A DNA stretch of 64,000 bases from Octopus vulgaris (taxonomy: Eukaryota), in the NCBI GenBank assembly GCA_951406725.2, contig OX597817.1, positions 36,952,001 to 37,016,000 of the forward strand. Reading direction: 5' to 3'. Under the pieces are notes generated by a model that saw only the letters and a list, made by a program, of their open reading frames with translations, had not been told where the DNA came from and ran no database searches. Shown here one piece after another: positions 1 to 14,901 of the stretch; position 1 is the stretch's first letter; the number at the start of each line of letters is the position of its first letter. A program made the position numbers and the translations under genes.

Positions 1-726
1 ACACAACAGTTATATTTACTGTGGATTATTTTCAGTGCAGTTACAAATATTTAGTAATGTCGCTATTTTCAGTGAAGAGTCATTTGTAAAGATACTTTTA
101 GCACTGTAATTAAATGAAGAAACATCAATTAAAGACGATAATAAATCGTTGAATTTTAATTACTTGCGACAAGGTAACGTCACTGTAATAGCTTTACATC
201 GTACATATTTATCATTGTAAGTAATTTTGCGACACATTGGAAAAGATATATCAGAGGAATAACTACAACATTGCGATTGTTTTGAGTTTTATAGTGTACA
301 GCTTTCTATAAATATTGTAAGATACAATTAATTCATAATCTTGTCTTTCTGTAGACACTTATTAATTTGTAAATTCTATTTAATTTACTAAACGCACGCA
401 TGGATGAAGATTGTGCATTGATATGTATTCATATATGTAATATATGTATGGAAGTGTGTCTTTCTGTGGGTGAATGTATGTGTATATATACATAGGTGCA
501 CGTATCTATGTGTGTGTGTATGTGTAAATAGCAAGGTGAGTGGATTTGGGCATATTAATAAGCTTTCAAATGGAAAAGGTACTGAAGGAGAAACAGCGCT
601 ATCCTCAATGACTCACACATCACGTGACGAATCATCTCTTTTGTATGATCTTACTGATTCTGTCACAAACATATTTATTCTCGCTTATAAATGTATATAT
701 GGACGCACACACACATGTACATAACG

Positions 727-728
<2 letters not shown>

Positions 729-809
<81 letters not shown>
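729..809. repeat. compound (CA)n(TA)n microsatellite
   Basis: Directly visible; representative of dozens of similar tracts in the window. Confidence 0.95.
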
Positions 810-872
810 CCCAGAAGTATGAGTTTGTGTGTGTGTGAGTATTAGTGTTTGTAGGAGTAAAAGTACGTATCT

Positions 873-905
<33 letters not shown>

Positions 906-963
906 CACATACATAAGAGTATATAACTATGATATTTGAATACCTGTACGTTCACATACAAAA

Positions 964-1017
<54 letters not shown>

Positions 1018-1310
1018 TTTTTAGATAAATTATGTCCAACGAAGCATCTATCCTCCTAGCAAACCATTTGTCAATGTAACATGTAACCATATCATGTGTG
1101 CATTTAAAGATTCAGTAACCAAGTAAAGGCATACTTCTACTGTCTACATCTGTTCACTGAGCTATAAATTTATACATCAACATACTATTAACACATAGCT
1201 GCCATGAACAGAAATAGATGTATCGTCGTTTGCTACTTAGTAGAGGAGGGCTGAGAATAGCTGACCTTGTTTACCAGGCACCAGCCCGAGTCCTTATATG
1301 TAATAATAAA

Positions 1311-1356
<46 letters not shown>

Positions 1357-2220
1357 GCAGTGAGATGTGCGTATGTGTATATTCAATCAGAAACATAAGA
1401 GCATGCCTATGTATCTAGCCTGCAGGCGTTTCAAAACGCTATATGCTCTGTATTAATTCGTGCGCATGATTCGAAGATATAAGGCTTATGACGTAGAGTG
1501 CATATATATATATATGTGTGTGTGTGCGTGTATCTGTATTATAATTGTATGTGTGTTAGTGTAGTATTGTGTGAGTTTGGGTGTTAGATGGATGGGGAAA
1601 GGAGACGTAGAAGAAGAGAGGGTGAAAGAAACGGAGTGTAACAGAAATAGCATAGCTTGCGTGTTCATGGATGTTTAACATCCAGTGTAATTTTTGTTTC
1701 TCTTCTGACACTCTTTACACACGCTTACACACACACATACACACTCAAAGAGGTACCTATGCGCACACATATTCAGTCTATGTTCGTCTTTATAATTAAT
1801 TATAGCAGAGTATGTTGTACTGTAGTTGATTTGATAACAGTTTTGGGAACTTGATCTCAGTGTTAAAAAATACATATATATGTTTGTTTGTATGTTATAT
1901 GTATGTGCGTATTAATAAGTGCATATAATATATACGACTTTTGTGGAAAAAACGGGAGTAGCATGTATATAGGGATCGGCAAAATGTTACATAAGTCACT
2001 CAACGTCGAGAGTTTCGTAATGACATTTATCAAACTATATGTGTGTGTGTGTGCGTGCGTGCGTATGTATGTATGTATGTATGTATGTATGTATGTATGT
2101 ATGTGAGAGTATCCATATACTGGCAATTTACATCGATGCATATATTACGTTTTACGTTTGCATGTGTATCACATATTTCTCTCTCTCTCTCTCACTCCCT
2201 ATATATATATACACACACGA

Positions 2221-2605
2221 AGGAGTAGCTGTGTGGTAAGTAGCTTGCTTACCAACCACATGGTTCCGAGTTCAGTCCCACTGCGTGGCACTTTGGGCAA
2301 ATGTCTTCTACTATAGCCTCGGACCGACCAAAGCCTTGAGAGGATTTGGTAGACGGAAACTGAAACAAGCCCGTCGTATATATGTATATGTATGTATATA
2401 AATGTGTGTGTGTGTGTGTGTGTTTGTCCCGCCAACATCGCTTGACAACCGATACTGGTGTGTTTACGTCCCCGTAACTTAGCGGTTCAGTAAAAGAGAC
2501 CGATAGAATAAATACTGGGGTCGATTTGCTCGACTAAAGGCGGTGCTCCAGCATGGTCGCAATCAAATGACCGAAACAAGTAAAAGAGTAAAGAGAGTAA
2601 AAGAG
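2221..2605 (+). mobile_element. SINE family A (tRNA-like head, CORE-like centre, internal (TA)n/(TG)n, AAAAGAGT-repeat tail)
   Basis: Head with A/B-box-like motifs (TAGCTGTGTGG, GAGTTCAGTCCC); GGCACTTTGGGCAAATGTCTT resembles the CORE-SINE motif; more than 10 near-identical copies in the window. Confidence 0.9.
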
Positions 2606-3034
2606 TACACACCCAGGGAGAGAGAGAGAGAACTTTTCTTTGAAATGTGTTGTACTAAATACACGACAGTGTTCAACTTTAATCTGTTTTTCTCGTTTCT
2701 TTTGTCTCTTTTTCTTTTGTCAGCGAGATTCTATATGTGTTAAGTAGCTCTTTGTTTAGATTGCGTAACTCCACGAAAGACCTCTTGTTCTCAATGAATC
2801 TTACAAGGAGTCATGAAAATGAATTTATGATTATTTATGGTTTTTAAAATAGTTTTAAATATTTCAGAATTTCCTTAGGTGACTTTTGTAGTTTATTTCT
2901 CGTATGTTGTATCAGAGCGTCGATTCCTGCTTTATACTTTGTTTCTCATTAATCTTCCATCATGTATCTATTATTCTTTTGTAGAATTCAGTACAAGATG
3001 GTACTGGTGTCAGCTAATATTTCTCCTAAACTAT

Positions 3035-3432
3035 GGCGATGAGATGGCAGAAACGTTAGCTCTCCGGGCAAAGTGCTTAGCGGCATTTTGTCTGCCGCTT
3101 CGTTCTGAGTTCAAATTCTGCCGAGGTCGACTTTGCCTTTTATCCTTTCGAGGTCGATAAATTAAGTACCAGGTACGCACTGGGGTCGATATAATCGACT
3201 TAATCCGTTTGTCTGTCCTTGTTTGTCCTCTCTGTGTTTAGCCCCTTGTGGGTCGTAAAGAAATAGGTATTTTGTCTGTATTTACGTTCGGAGTTCAAAT
3301 TCCGCCGAGGTAGACTTTGCCTTTCAGGCTTTCGGAGTCGATAAATTAAGTACCAGTTGCATACTGGGATCGATCTAATCGACTGGCCCCTCCCCCAAAA
3401 TTTCGGGTCTTGTGCCTAGAACAGAAAAGAAT
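3035..3432 (+). mobile_element. SINE family B, head-to-tail dimer (Nin/Deu-domain-like)
   Basis: GAGTTCAAATTC B-box followed by GCCTTT(C)ATCCTTTCGRGGTCGATAAATTAAGTACCAG, which resembles the Nin/Deu conserved SINE domain; occurs twice here and many times elsewhere. Confidence 0.85.
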
Positions 3433-3496
3433 ATTTTTTCCAAACTGGTCTTGTTTTGTTTTCTTTATAATGTGTTGTCATGATTTCTTTATGAAT

Positions 3497-3528
<32 letters not shown>

Positions 3529-4212
3529 ACACGCACACACGTACAAACACATATATCTATATATGGCGGCTCAATTTACATTCCCCGTATATTTGCATTC
3601 TTTCATTGTTTTATAGCTCTTGAAACCAGATGTATCTATAGCAATTTAACAATTATATTATAGTTCCATTTTCTTTTCTTACGCCTTACATAAAATTGTT
3701 AATATGGATAGTTAAGGCATGAATAAACAATATAATTGAATGCAAAAATACATAATAGAACTAAAGAAATAATTGAAAGTTTGAAAGCAGAAACAAGAAA
3801 ATATATCCTAAAGGTTTGGTTTGTGCACGGCACTGTGGCATTAACAACATTCTGCTTGTTATTTTTTATACAGTCTTTTTTGGTGGGGGAATTAATATAG
3901 TAATGATGATGATGATGATAATAATAATAATAATAATGATAATAATAATTATTTCAGTGATAAGTTGGTGATAATGGGTAATTTTTTGGTGAGGGCGTTA
4001 GCGAGACTTTTGTTGATGAAGATATGGATGGAAAGGAAGAAAATGAAAGCTATCATTTACAACCTTATTATTCTAATTGACTATTGCTGCTGCTACCACA
4101 GCAATGTCATTAATGATGGTGCTACTACAACTGATGCAGTGTAGGGTGAGCTGGACGTGGGAGTTGTAATAATGAACGTTATGACGAAGTTGATTACAAA
4201 AAATAAATTAAT

Positions 4213-4565
4213 AGGCGTAGGAGTGGCTGTGTAATAAGTAGCTTGCTTACCAACCACATGGTTCCAGGTTCAGTCCCACTACGTGGCACCTTGGGCAAGT
4301 GTCTTCTACTACAGCCTCGGGTCGACCAAAGCCTTGTGAGTGGATTTGGTAGACGGAAACTGAAAGAAGCCCGTCGTATATATATATGTTTGTGTGTCTG
4401 TGTTTGTCCCCCACCCAACATCGCTTGACAACCGCGGTTCAATAAAAGAGACCGATAGAATAAGTGCTAGGCTTACAAAGAATAAGTCCTGGGGTTCGAT
4501 TTGGTCGACTAAAGGCGGTACTCCAGCATGGCCGCAGTCAAATGACTGAAACAAGTAAAAGAGTA
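4213..4565 (+). mobile_element. SINE family A
   Basis: Colinear with 2221-2605, with a short internal deletion. Confidence 0.9.
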
Positions 4566-4741
4566 ATAATGAAATACTACGTGTTATCCACATTACCATA
4601 TAACGTTACATACCGCAACTATTACAATACACTACTAATACTATGGTGGTAGTTGTAACAGTAGTAGTTGGAGTAGCAAAGTTATCATAGGTGTCATCAT
4701 TATCAGCATCATTATTATCCGGACAACAACAACAGTTATAA

Positions 4742-4901
4742 CCTTTTCTACTCTAGGCACAAGGCCCGAAATTTTGTGGGGAGGGGCCAGTCGATTAGAT
4801 CGACCCCAGTATGCAACTGGTACTTAATTTGTCGACCCCTAACGGATGAAAGGCAAAGTCGACTACGACGGAATTAGAACTCAGAGCATAAAGACAGACG
4901 A
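4742..4901 (-). mobile_element. SINE family B (partial)
   Basis: Reverse complement of 3270-3430. Confidence 0.85.
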
Positions 4902-5075
4902 GAGAATTGGGTATTGTTACATGGCTAATATGTTACATGGTGTGCTATGCCAGCTTTTTTTCTTCCCTAGGTTAAAGAATGATAAAAGAATGGATTAAAT
5001 GTTTCACAGTATTTTTTCTTATTGATTAATTCCAGTACGTATTTGAATAAAAATAACGCTGGATTTCAGCTATAC

Positions 5076-5130
<55 letters not shown>

Positions 5131-5670
5131 GAGTGAGAGAGCAGTGCATGCCATCATAGTGACACTGGAGTAAAATATGCCCATCATGACGACCCGTGTG
5201 ATAAGGGTACACCAGGCACATGCATCACAACCATTTGTGCGTGACGTGATGATCTCATATCAAGATAAACAGCACATAACCTTGCAGATGGGGCCCAGTT
5301 AGAATTTTCTTCTGGTCAAGTAAGCCATCCCGCTCAAAAGGTCTCTGAATAAGGGTTGTTTAAGGATGTTGAACGAAACACCCGTGTTTCCAGAGGTGAA
5401 TTATTCAAACCCCAAAGAATCCCTCTCAACACATGGCTATGATACTCCCCCACTACTTCAGCTTGTGATCAGAGATGCACATTTCGTCAGCCACTAAGGG
5501 ACATGGTCAACTGGTTAAGGTCAAAAAGCTAACAAGCAAATCTGTGGTATTGAGCAGAATATTTGCTGTAGCCCATCTTTTATACCAAGACAAAACAATG
5601 TACACGATAACACTTCCAATCAGTTAAGATCAGAATCCACGAGGGCCACTGCCTGGTACTCCATTAGGGC
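5131..5670 (-). mobile_element. ~540-bp interspersed repeat family F embedded in (TTA)n
   Basis: High-identity reverse-complement copy at 32653-33161; flanked on both sides by (TTA)n tracts; orientation inferred. Confidence 0.85.
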
Positions 5671-6951
5671 ATTTATTATCATTATTATTATTATTGTTAT
5701 TATTATTATTTCTTATATGATGGAAACGTATTTTTAAAAAGGAAATATTTAAGAGATAATTAAATAATAACGTAATAAAGCATTGTAAAATTGTTACGTT
5801 TAACCTGTGATATTTTTTACTGATATAAGGTTCATTCATTTCATAACATCTAGTACTATGGAATGTTTCATTAAGACGATATCAACCTTTCAGTGCGGCC
5901 AGTACAGTGTACTTGTACAATAATGATTAAATTTGAGCTTGTTAAAACTTTGAAGTCGTATCATTGAGATATCGTCAGCTTTTTAGCCGGCGCAAATATG
6001 ATATATTTTCTTATCCATAAATGAAAAGAAGCAATGTACACGTATAAAGAATTGGACATATTTGATCAGAAGAGTAATGAGTTCTAAAAAAAAAAATTAC
6101 ATTTCTTCTTTTTTGTCTTGTAGTTAAGCAAATCGGAACAAAGACAGGGAGAACAAGCATATAGACACGCGCACACGCGTGAGTGTTTGTATCAAACTGA
6201 GATGGAAACTGTAATACAATACCAACTAGAAATATCTTTTTATAGAAACTCAATGATGATTTTTCTATAACAAATTATATTTGATGAATGACCTCAGTCC
6301 AAAACGTTAAACTTATCGAATCGTCATTGCATCTGAAATATATAGTTTTAGAAACTCTCTTCGATTTTACTCTGACTAAAATCCTCTGCTTTAAATCTGA
6401 TTTTCTTCTAATATGAGACTTCCTAATTAATATAATATTTTGGACACCGCTGAAAAATCTTACTCATATTAGTAATTAAAACAGAACATCGTGATTTTAT
6501 TATTTCTTCAACACTACAAATATGAAAACTTAGGCGAATGTACGAAACTACTATTGTTACACATGACATTATTTGCGCACCTGCTCTTTTGTTGCTAGTG
6601 ACTGCTATTCTTGCCTCTGTTGTTGCTTAGAAAACCATAGTTCTCGTTATCAATAAGTACATAACTTGTTTCTTGTCATTTCTATCTGCGGTCGTTGCTT
6701 GGCGATAGAACTTACCAGAAGCAATTTTGTAATTATTGTAATACAAACTTTTCTTATACAATCATTAGCTATACACATTCAAGAGTTCTAACGAAATATA
6801 TGAAATATATATTTACAACGTATATCAACAATTCGTTTCTAATTAAACCGAATCATATCCATGCACACATATATGACAACGCAAATGCAGGTATGAATAC
6901 ATACATACATATGTATATATGGGTGTGTATATAAATATGTATATAAATATG

Positions 6952-6998
<47 letters not shown>

Positions 6999-8863
6999 CT
7001 TTTTTTACACACATACGTATTTATACATATCTATATTGATATATAAGCAAATATACACACTCTGTGTGTGTCACGTCAATTAGACGGGACTTAACTTATT
7101 GCTGAAAACTGAAGTACCAGACACAGTCTGTTACTTTGAAAAATTATTAAAGTATATGCAACTAGCAATCATCTATTAAATTGAATACTAGCTGTGAGAC
7201 ACAGCAAGAAAGAAATTAGAGATGGATATTAGGTGGTATAAATTGAGCAATTTTTTTTTCTTTTGTTTTCAATTTTGATTCCTAAATCCAAGGATATTGC
7301 GTAGATGAGAAGCTTACAAGCGAGGTAAACAACTGGATGTTTGAATTTCAACGACCTGGACTCAGAGCGTCTTTTAACACATATTTTATTACCACACAAC
7401 TTCGCATTTGTTCTACGCACTTATTTTATCGATATCAATGACAAAGAACTAAAGCTAACATGTTAAGTATTAACTGGTTGATTCTGCCACAAATCTTTTA
7501 CTGCTTTCAAGTGTAACCAATATAGAAGGAAATTCATGTTCGGTATCCAGCAAGTCTATGAGTGGCTTGTTTCCAAGTAATTCGTTCAAATGTGTATAGT
7601 TTGTATGTTTTAAGGAACGATTGTGCTTTGTGGTTTACTGCTCATTGTCATAAGTTGATAGAGTCAATTCCAGGAGCACGTAGCGCAATGTATCCCTGAG
7701 TAATACACTTCGTTTCTTGTTACTTCTATCAGTTTAACTGTATATGGGCACAAGCCGGGTAGTGGTACAGCTCTCTGCCTCCAACTTTCACATCCTAGAT
7801 CTGCCGCTGGGATAAAAGTGAGGAAGTCGAGAGTTTACTTTCGACATTTGACAGCATAGGTATCTCAAGTAAATAGTTCAGGCAAAGTAAATGTGACTAA
7901 GCCGTTCAAGCTTGCGAGTGATAAATTGGCTGTTCGGTGACGCAGGACAAACAATAGGGAAAAACTGTGATGAATTTTCAATGAAGAAATGCTTTTGTTC
8001 TTAAACCTCATTCTGAAGGACTACCAAGGTTTCAGAATTTCCATATTTGGTTTCCAATGTTTTTTAATATCCGTAGAATAACCTAGAGTTATTGCTGTTG
8101 TTGCTGTTTGACTCCAAGTTAACCCTGAATGAGTTATCCTATGATCAATTGAACTGTGTCTGCGAGTGCGTCTGGCTTGTCTTCATACATAGCGCACCGA
8201 GAATAACCATTTTCAATTGTGACTTACCTTCTTTAAGACGATACATTGAGATATTATGAAGATTGGGATGTTATTTCAAGCTGTAGAGTGACCATTTTGA
8301 GGCTTCCTCGTTGACTCGACACTATCCTTGAAAAAAGATAATGTGAAATCAATTAACCCTTTCTTTGGAAAGGGCCAATTATTTTGGGGTTGTGTTTTAT
8401 AGAATCATATAAAGCCTTGTAAATATGTTCAGAGTTCAGATTTCGTTGATATTAATTTCACGTTTTCAAAGTAAATGAAATAACTACTATGTCAAATACT
8501 GACATCTGTTAAATTGCCTTTCTCCCTCTCAGAAATGTGTGGCCAATCTTTCCTTTAATACATCATTATTATGGATGTACGTCGTGATGGATTGCTGACT
8601 CCCAGGAAAAATAAATGCCTTTTGGCTTTATTTTTATCCCTCCGTATTCAATGTTCAACTCCAGCCTGAGTTTGCGTTGCTTTTATTCCAACTTATATGG
8701 ATAATATTTAACGATATTCATGCATCAGGGTGATTTTAAATCGTCTCTGCCCTCATCTAAAATTGCGTGGCCTTGGGCCAAACGCAGGCATCCTTAATAT
8801 CAGCCATGTAGAAGGCATTCCACTAAAATCTGGCCATGTGCCAGCTCCAAAGGAAAACTAATC

Positions 8864-8899
<36 letters not shown>

Positions 8900-9902
8900 T
8901 CACATAAAGAATTTTGAAAACCAGCTACAAAAACGAAACAATAATTCTGTTTCTAAAGATACCACTGAAATATTTTCTCGTATGTAATAAATGAAATTAT
9001 TCATCAAACAATTCATGATAGCTCAAGAAATTTGATTGGAAACACAGATTGAAGATAAAGATTATTTAGATATCCATATCCTGTTCTATAAATAATCGAT
9101 GGCTTTCTAATATCCTCGAAACAAACAAAAAATATGTAACATACACAAATATTAGAGTTTGCGTGTGTGTGTAAGTATAGAGGTATGCATGTATTTGTGC
9201 GTACGCGCACAAGAGTGTGTGAGTGTATGTATGTGTGTGTACTTGTGTGTATCTGAGTGTTGTAGGTTTAGCTGCGTGCGATTGTCTGGTGGTGTAGATC
9301 GGTGGGTTAATGAATTAGACAGCCACACCTACGCAAAAATTTATACACTGAAACTTTCATGCATGTGAAATGATGTGCGTGTGTGTGTGTGTATAATGTC
9401 TATTCTTGTGTGTGAATACAGAAATACTTGCATATGTACGTACACAGTAGTCCTAAACATGGAGAACGATGAGAATATAAACTGTAAAATTCACCGGAGA
9501 TTTTCTGGATGAGAAGCGAACGAAATACGCTTTCAAATAAAAGAATACAAATAATGAATTTCAAAACGCGCTGGTTAAAATTGGTTGAGGAAGAAAATAG
9601 ATAGAAATAGACCAGATTATTTAAACGATGGCTACCTTCAGGGAAAATTTCGAATCAGTGGAGACTGAAGTGCATTATTATAGCATTTGAATTATATTTA
9701 GTTTTTATAATAAATATATTGCAATTTATTAATATTCGTTGAAATCATCTCTTGGAACAAATTATGAATCTCTCTGTCTCCATCGCTCACCCTTTCTCTA
9801 TGTATATCTGTTTCGCGTTTCTTCTGCTACATTGCATCTATCTAAAGCTTGTGCATGTTTGAGAATTTGCATATACGCGCACGCATGCATACATACATAT
9901 AA

Positions 9903-9937
<35 letters not shown>

Positions 9938-10081
9938 TTGTATATACACATACACACAGATACTTGTGTACGTGCATTTAAGTGAATATTTTTTGTATGA
10001 TGTTTATTAAGGTGTATTTGTTTGCCTATATATATATATAGATTCAAGAATTGCATTGAAATTTCATTGTGTGTGTGTGTA

Positions 10082-10113
<32 letters not shown>

Positions 10114-10785
10114 ATGTATAATGAATATAAATGCATAAATATATTTATAGATATATATGTAAACTATGCATGTTTATACATTTTTACATACACACACACA
10201 TACATAAAATTAGATTTCAGTGCAATTCTTGAATCTTTCAATTAAAATGCAAAACCCTCACCATAGAAAGCATAATTTGTTATTATAGCAATTATTTATG
10301 GTCATGTGATTTAATTTTTTAAACGTGAAGAGTTCCTTAGTTTCTATAATCATTCCTTTTCTTATTTTTCTTCGTTTATTTCGATTTTTGTTAAGTGTGC
10401 AACATTGTTTCTCATCAAGACATTATTATTTCCTGTTCGTTATATATAATAATATAGTGCAAGGTCTTAATTTGTTTTAGTTTTGAGTAAACATTCATCG
10501 TTCTCCTAGTTGGATAGCTTTGTTCTTCATCTGACTGAAAGTCATAGATTAACAAAATATGAAAAAAAATTGAATCAGTCTTAGATATTTTGTAACTAAC
10601 ACTGATGTAACATACCTTATATCTCGAAAAAAAGTGTAAACAATGATAATTAGATCCAATCCTGATCAACTCCGGGGGAATGAAAAGTAGGCAGGGTTTT
10701 GACAGGATACAAAATTAGGACGTAAAAAGTCAAAAACCCAGAAAAAATGCCCTCCATGGATTTGTCTTTAACTGACCTTTAAAGA

Positions 10786-10940
10786 AGGAGTGGGTGTATT
10801 GTAAGAAGCTTGCTTAATAACCACATGGTTCCGGGTTCAGTCCCACTGCGTGGCACCTTGGGCAGGTGTCTTCTACTATAACCCCGGGTCAACCAAAGCC
10901 TTGTGAGTGGATTTGGTAGACGGAAACTGTAAAAAGCTCG

Positions 10941-10991
<51 letters not shown>

Positions 10992-11224
10992 CACGCACAC
11001 ACACATGTATGTGTGTGTTTGTTATTTGTGTCTTGTCTGTCTCTTCACCATCGCTTGACAACCGATGTTGGTGTGTTTACGTTCCCGTAACGTAGTTGTT
11101 CGGCAAAGAGACCGATAGAATAAGTACTAGCCTTACAAAAAAATAAGTCCTGGGATTGATTTGTTCGACTAAAGGTAGTGCTCCAGCATGGCTGCTGTCA
11201 AATGACTTAAACACGTAAAAGAAT
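10786..11224 (+). mobile_element. SINE family A
   Basis: Full-length match to the other copies; expanded internal (TA)n. Confidence 0.9.
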
Positions 11225-12391
11225 AGATTATTTTCGGTTTTCTATTTTGTTTGCATGATTGTTGATGTGGATGCGTGTGTAGGAATATATTTTGCTGAAA
11301 ATTTGGGGGACCATTATGCAAATAACACATGCACTGGTTGTATTTCCCTTCTTTTATTGTTATATACTATTTTTATTCTGCTACTCCAATGACGCTCTCT
11401 GCTGTCTCCGCTTTCTTTCCTTTTACCACTCTTGTTGCCATTCCTATAAGGCTTTTTACAGTTTCAATCACCCAGTCGTTTTCTGTAATAGAAAAGAGAA
11501 AAGTTCTATGTTGATATTTATATTAACTCTAAACATAAAGCAATATAGCTTCAAATATAATCTGACTGGGTATACAATCTTTAAGTAGAGGGTTCGATTC
11601 TCGGACAGAAGTGGCGGTTTGCATCCTTGAAAAACGCAATTCCATTCGTAATGTTTCAGTCATTTCAATTTAGAAAGGATCACCATCGCCATCTGTTAAC
11701 TTTCCATTGAAGCGCTTTGTAGAATCAGTAATTTAAACAGCACAGAAACCGGAATAAAATTCGGACTAAGGCTTCGTACTCCATTAAATATTCCATCAGA
11801 GCTTACCGGCGTTGAAACAAAAACAACAACGACAACGTGAGCTACCCCCTTTCTAAGATGTTCATACATTTCCCTTGTAAGAATTACTTAGGAACCCCAC
11901 ATATTCTCACTATTTTTTAAATACTTCAACATCTTCCCGCGGGTGGCAACCTGTCTTTAACCGTTCTGACAAGCTTTAAAAAAAATGCTCAAAATCACTC
12001 ATCATCATCATTTCACTTTCATCTTACATACCTACTTAGTCAAAAGAGATAACAATATGCTCAAGGTACGCCAGTGGTAGTAGTTGTAGTAGATCTATTA
12101 TTAAGAAACTTCGAGAACTGCTTATTTACTTAGTTTCTTACAGAAACTCACCTCCCACCACTACCATCACCACAAAAAATTATAAGCATTCTAAGAGTTC
12201 CAACAAACGCTTCTGTTCTAATTTTTAGCCTCTTAATATATTGAGAATCCAAGCTTATGTTTTTTAAGCCGATGCCAACAAGCCTTATTTATATCTTTTT
12301 CAAGATAGACCATTAATTCTTAAATTCCTCTTCCATAGACACATGAAATGTAGCAAGAACAAGACTAAGTATAAACTGACAACAAGGTTTT

Positions 12392-12449
12392 ACTATTATT
12401 ATTATTGTTATTATTATTATTGTTATTATTATTATTGTTATTGTTATTA

Positions 12450-12486
<37 letters not shown>

Positions 12487-12490
12487 CATT
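12392..12490. repeat. (TTA/TTG)n microsatellite
   Basis: Directly visible; explains the poly-Leu ORF. Confidence 0.95.
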
Positions 12491-12764
12491 AGTGATACTG
12501 ATAGTGATGTGGTTGATTGTTTTTTCTTGTTATCTATCTGCTAACATTTTAGTTTACCTTGTCGTTGTTGTTGTTGGCTGTAAGTGCATATGTTCTTTTG
12601 CAAAATCGTAAATGTACGAAGAGATAAGCATTATCTTCTTTACTAAATATCAGAACTGGAAGCCTCTCCACATTTATGTATTATTGTTTGCTTTCATGTA
12701 CATTTTCATACGTACATACATTCACACACAAACATACACGCACATACACTCATATACACTTATT

Positions 12765-12809
<45 letters not shown>

Positions 12810-13498
12810 ACATCAAAGTATACATATGTATACAAATATAGAGGCACATATATGTATACTAACACAAAAGCATATATATATATATATATATAATATTTTT
12901 TATATATATTATGTTTTATTTTCTGATTTAAAGAATATAGTCCATTAATGACATGGCTAATATCTTAATCTCTTGCTATAGACGCTGTAGAAATTTGCAA
13001 AAAGACGACCGACAGAAGCTAATAAGGATGGCTTGTAAGATTACCAATAACAATAATAGAAGGTGATTTCCGTTAATATACAAACACATAGTTTCAATTT
13101 TGGTAGAAAAGGAATGAGAAGAATTAACATGGGTAAAACAGTATACATGAATGTATGTATACAGGTACGTGTGCAAGTGTGTATGTCTGAATTCTTCTAC
13201 GTATAGCTTGAAATATGTGAGTAAAAGCGAAAATACCTAAGACAGCAACAGCATACTACTACGAAAAAAATGAAAAGTATAAGGTGAAGAAAAGTAACAT
13301 CTGGTTGTGAGACATGTGTTGGTACCAGCAGGAGTTGCATTTTGTATAGGAAAAGGAAGAGAAAAACACGACGCTGAATATATAAACAACTGAAAGCTTA
13401 CATATGTTGGCAAATGCGGAGTATACTCATATCTACAAATAAGCGACAAATTACTTACATGCGTTCATCCACAGATGCATACATATAGCAACACACAC

Positions 13499-13535
<37 letters not shown>

Positions 13536-14901
13536 CATATTATATATTCATATAATACACATAGTAAGAGGGAGAGAGAACGTATATATATTTATTATTC
13601 AAAGGAATTCCAGCTCTGTCTATTTTTTATGTTTTATTTATATACTTTATAATATTAATATAGAATATATAGTATAAATAGTATATATAGTAAAATGAAA
13701 TGAAGTATTGTCTTATTGAATAGATGAAATATTGAATATAAAATACTAAGGGACTAGTATACTTTCTTACATTAAAGCAGTCTTCAATGTCCCAGGTTAT
13801 AACAGGAGTGTATGTATGTATGTATGTATGTATGTATACTCAAATACACACACGAAAAACACTCTTGCTAAATAGATCACGTTAAGCAAGATATCGAATT
13901 AACCAGACCAAATCTGATTTAAGAGGGTGTCTATGTTGACCTCTGCCGATATCTTGCACTGTATTGTGCTGCCCCGTCTTTGGCATTGCAGCTCTTAGGA
14001 AAATTTGCATCAGTCGCTGTTTATTTTACATTACAGCTTCAAGACCATTAATTCAAAGAATAAGTCCGAGTTTCTATATTTGAACCAAATATTGCTACAA
14101 ATAAGGAAGTTATAGTTAGGAAAGTTGTAAGGAGCATTGTGCAAAGAAGCCATTAGTTCCGGATATATACAAAGCTAAGGAGAAACTCACAGCATTTCTT
14201 TTGAAATATGATATTGATTGCAAATTCTATGAGATCATCTGTTGGGACAAGAAAGTTGGAAGAGATATCCATCAAGAAGTAGTGACGAAGCGATCTCCTC
14301 ATTAGCGCTTCTGCAGTAATACTATCCGTATTGAAGAAAATCACGGTTTCTTTCCATATTAACTAAACATCGAGAAATCGCTATGAAGCAATAAATAAGG
14401 TAGCACAGAAACCGAGGAATTAAGGAATTGGTTAAATTACGTAACTAAAGTCTTAGCAGTTTTATCGACATCGTGAAACCATTAAGAGGACTCGTTATCC
14501 AGAAATAGCTTCGGTAAGGTAAGGTAAACAAATGAAACTCAGCCAACTCTTCGAGTCAGGCCGTTAAAATATGCTACAGTTGTTAAGCTTACTGATAATA
14601 CTAATAACCTACCTGTGACCGAGTTAGTCCTTCCTCGGTCATCTCACCCATCGAACTCTACTCACTCAAAATGTCAAGTTATCACATATATCTTTATCCT
14701 ACCTAAGTTGGTATGAAGTTTAGTAGTCATGTAACACAGATAAGTGAAGTAGTCACCTATGCATTATCCTTGATGTATATACACTGTTGGTAGGCCGGTT
14801 ACTGTGATATTCGTCTTGAGATAATATTCTTAAGGACATACTGACATATTGTGTTAAAAACAATATCGGAGGGAGGAAAAAGTCGCAACAGTATTTGCAG
14901 T

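Noticed and set aside
5940-5988. Minus-strand CUGACGA-UAUC/GAUA motif
   Set aside because: GAAA is replaced by GACU and helix I does not form
14100-14344. Minus-strand ORF faintly like Penelope RT (SLRHYFL...DLIEFAINIIF)
   Set aside because: Diagnostic QxxGxxMG and YxDD motifs are not recoverable by eye
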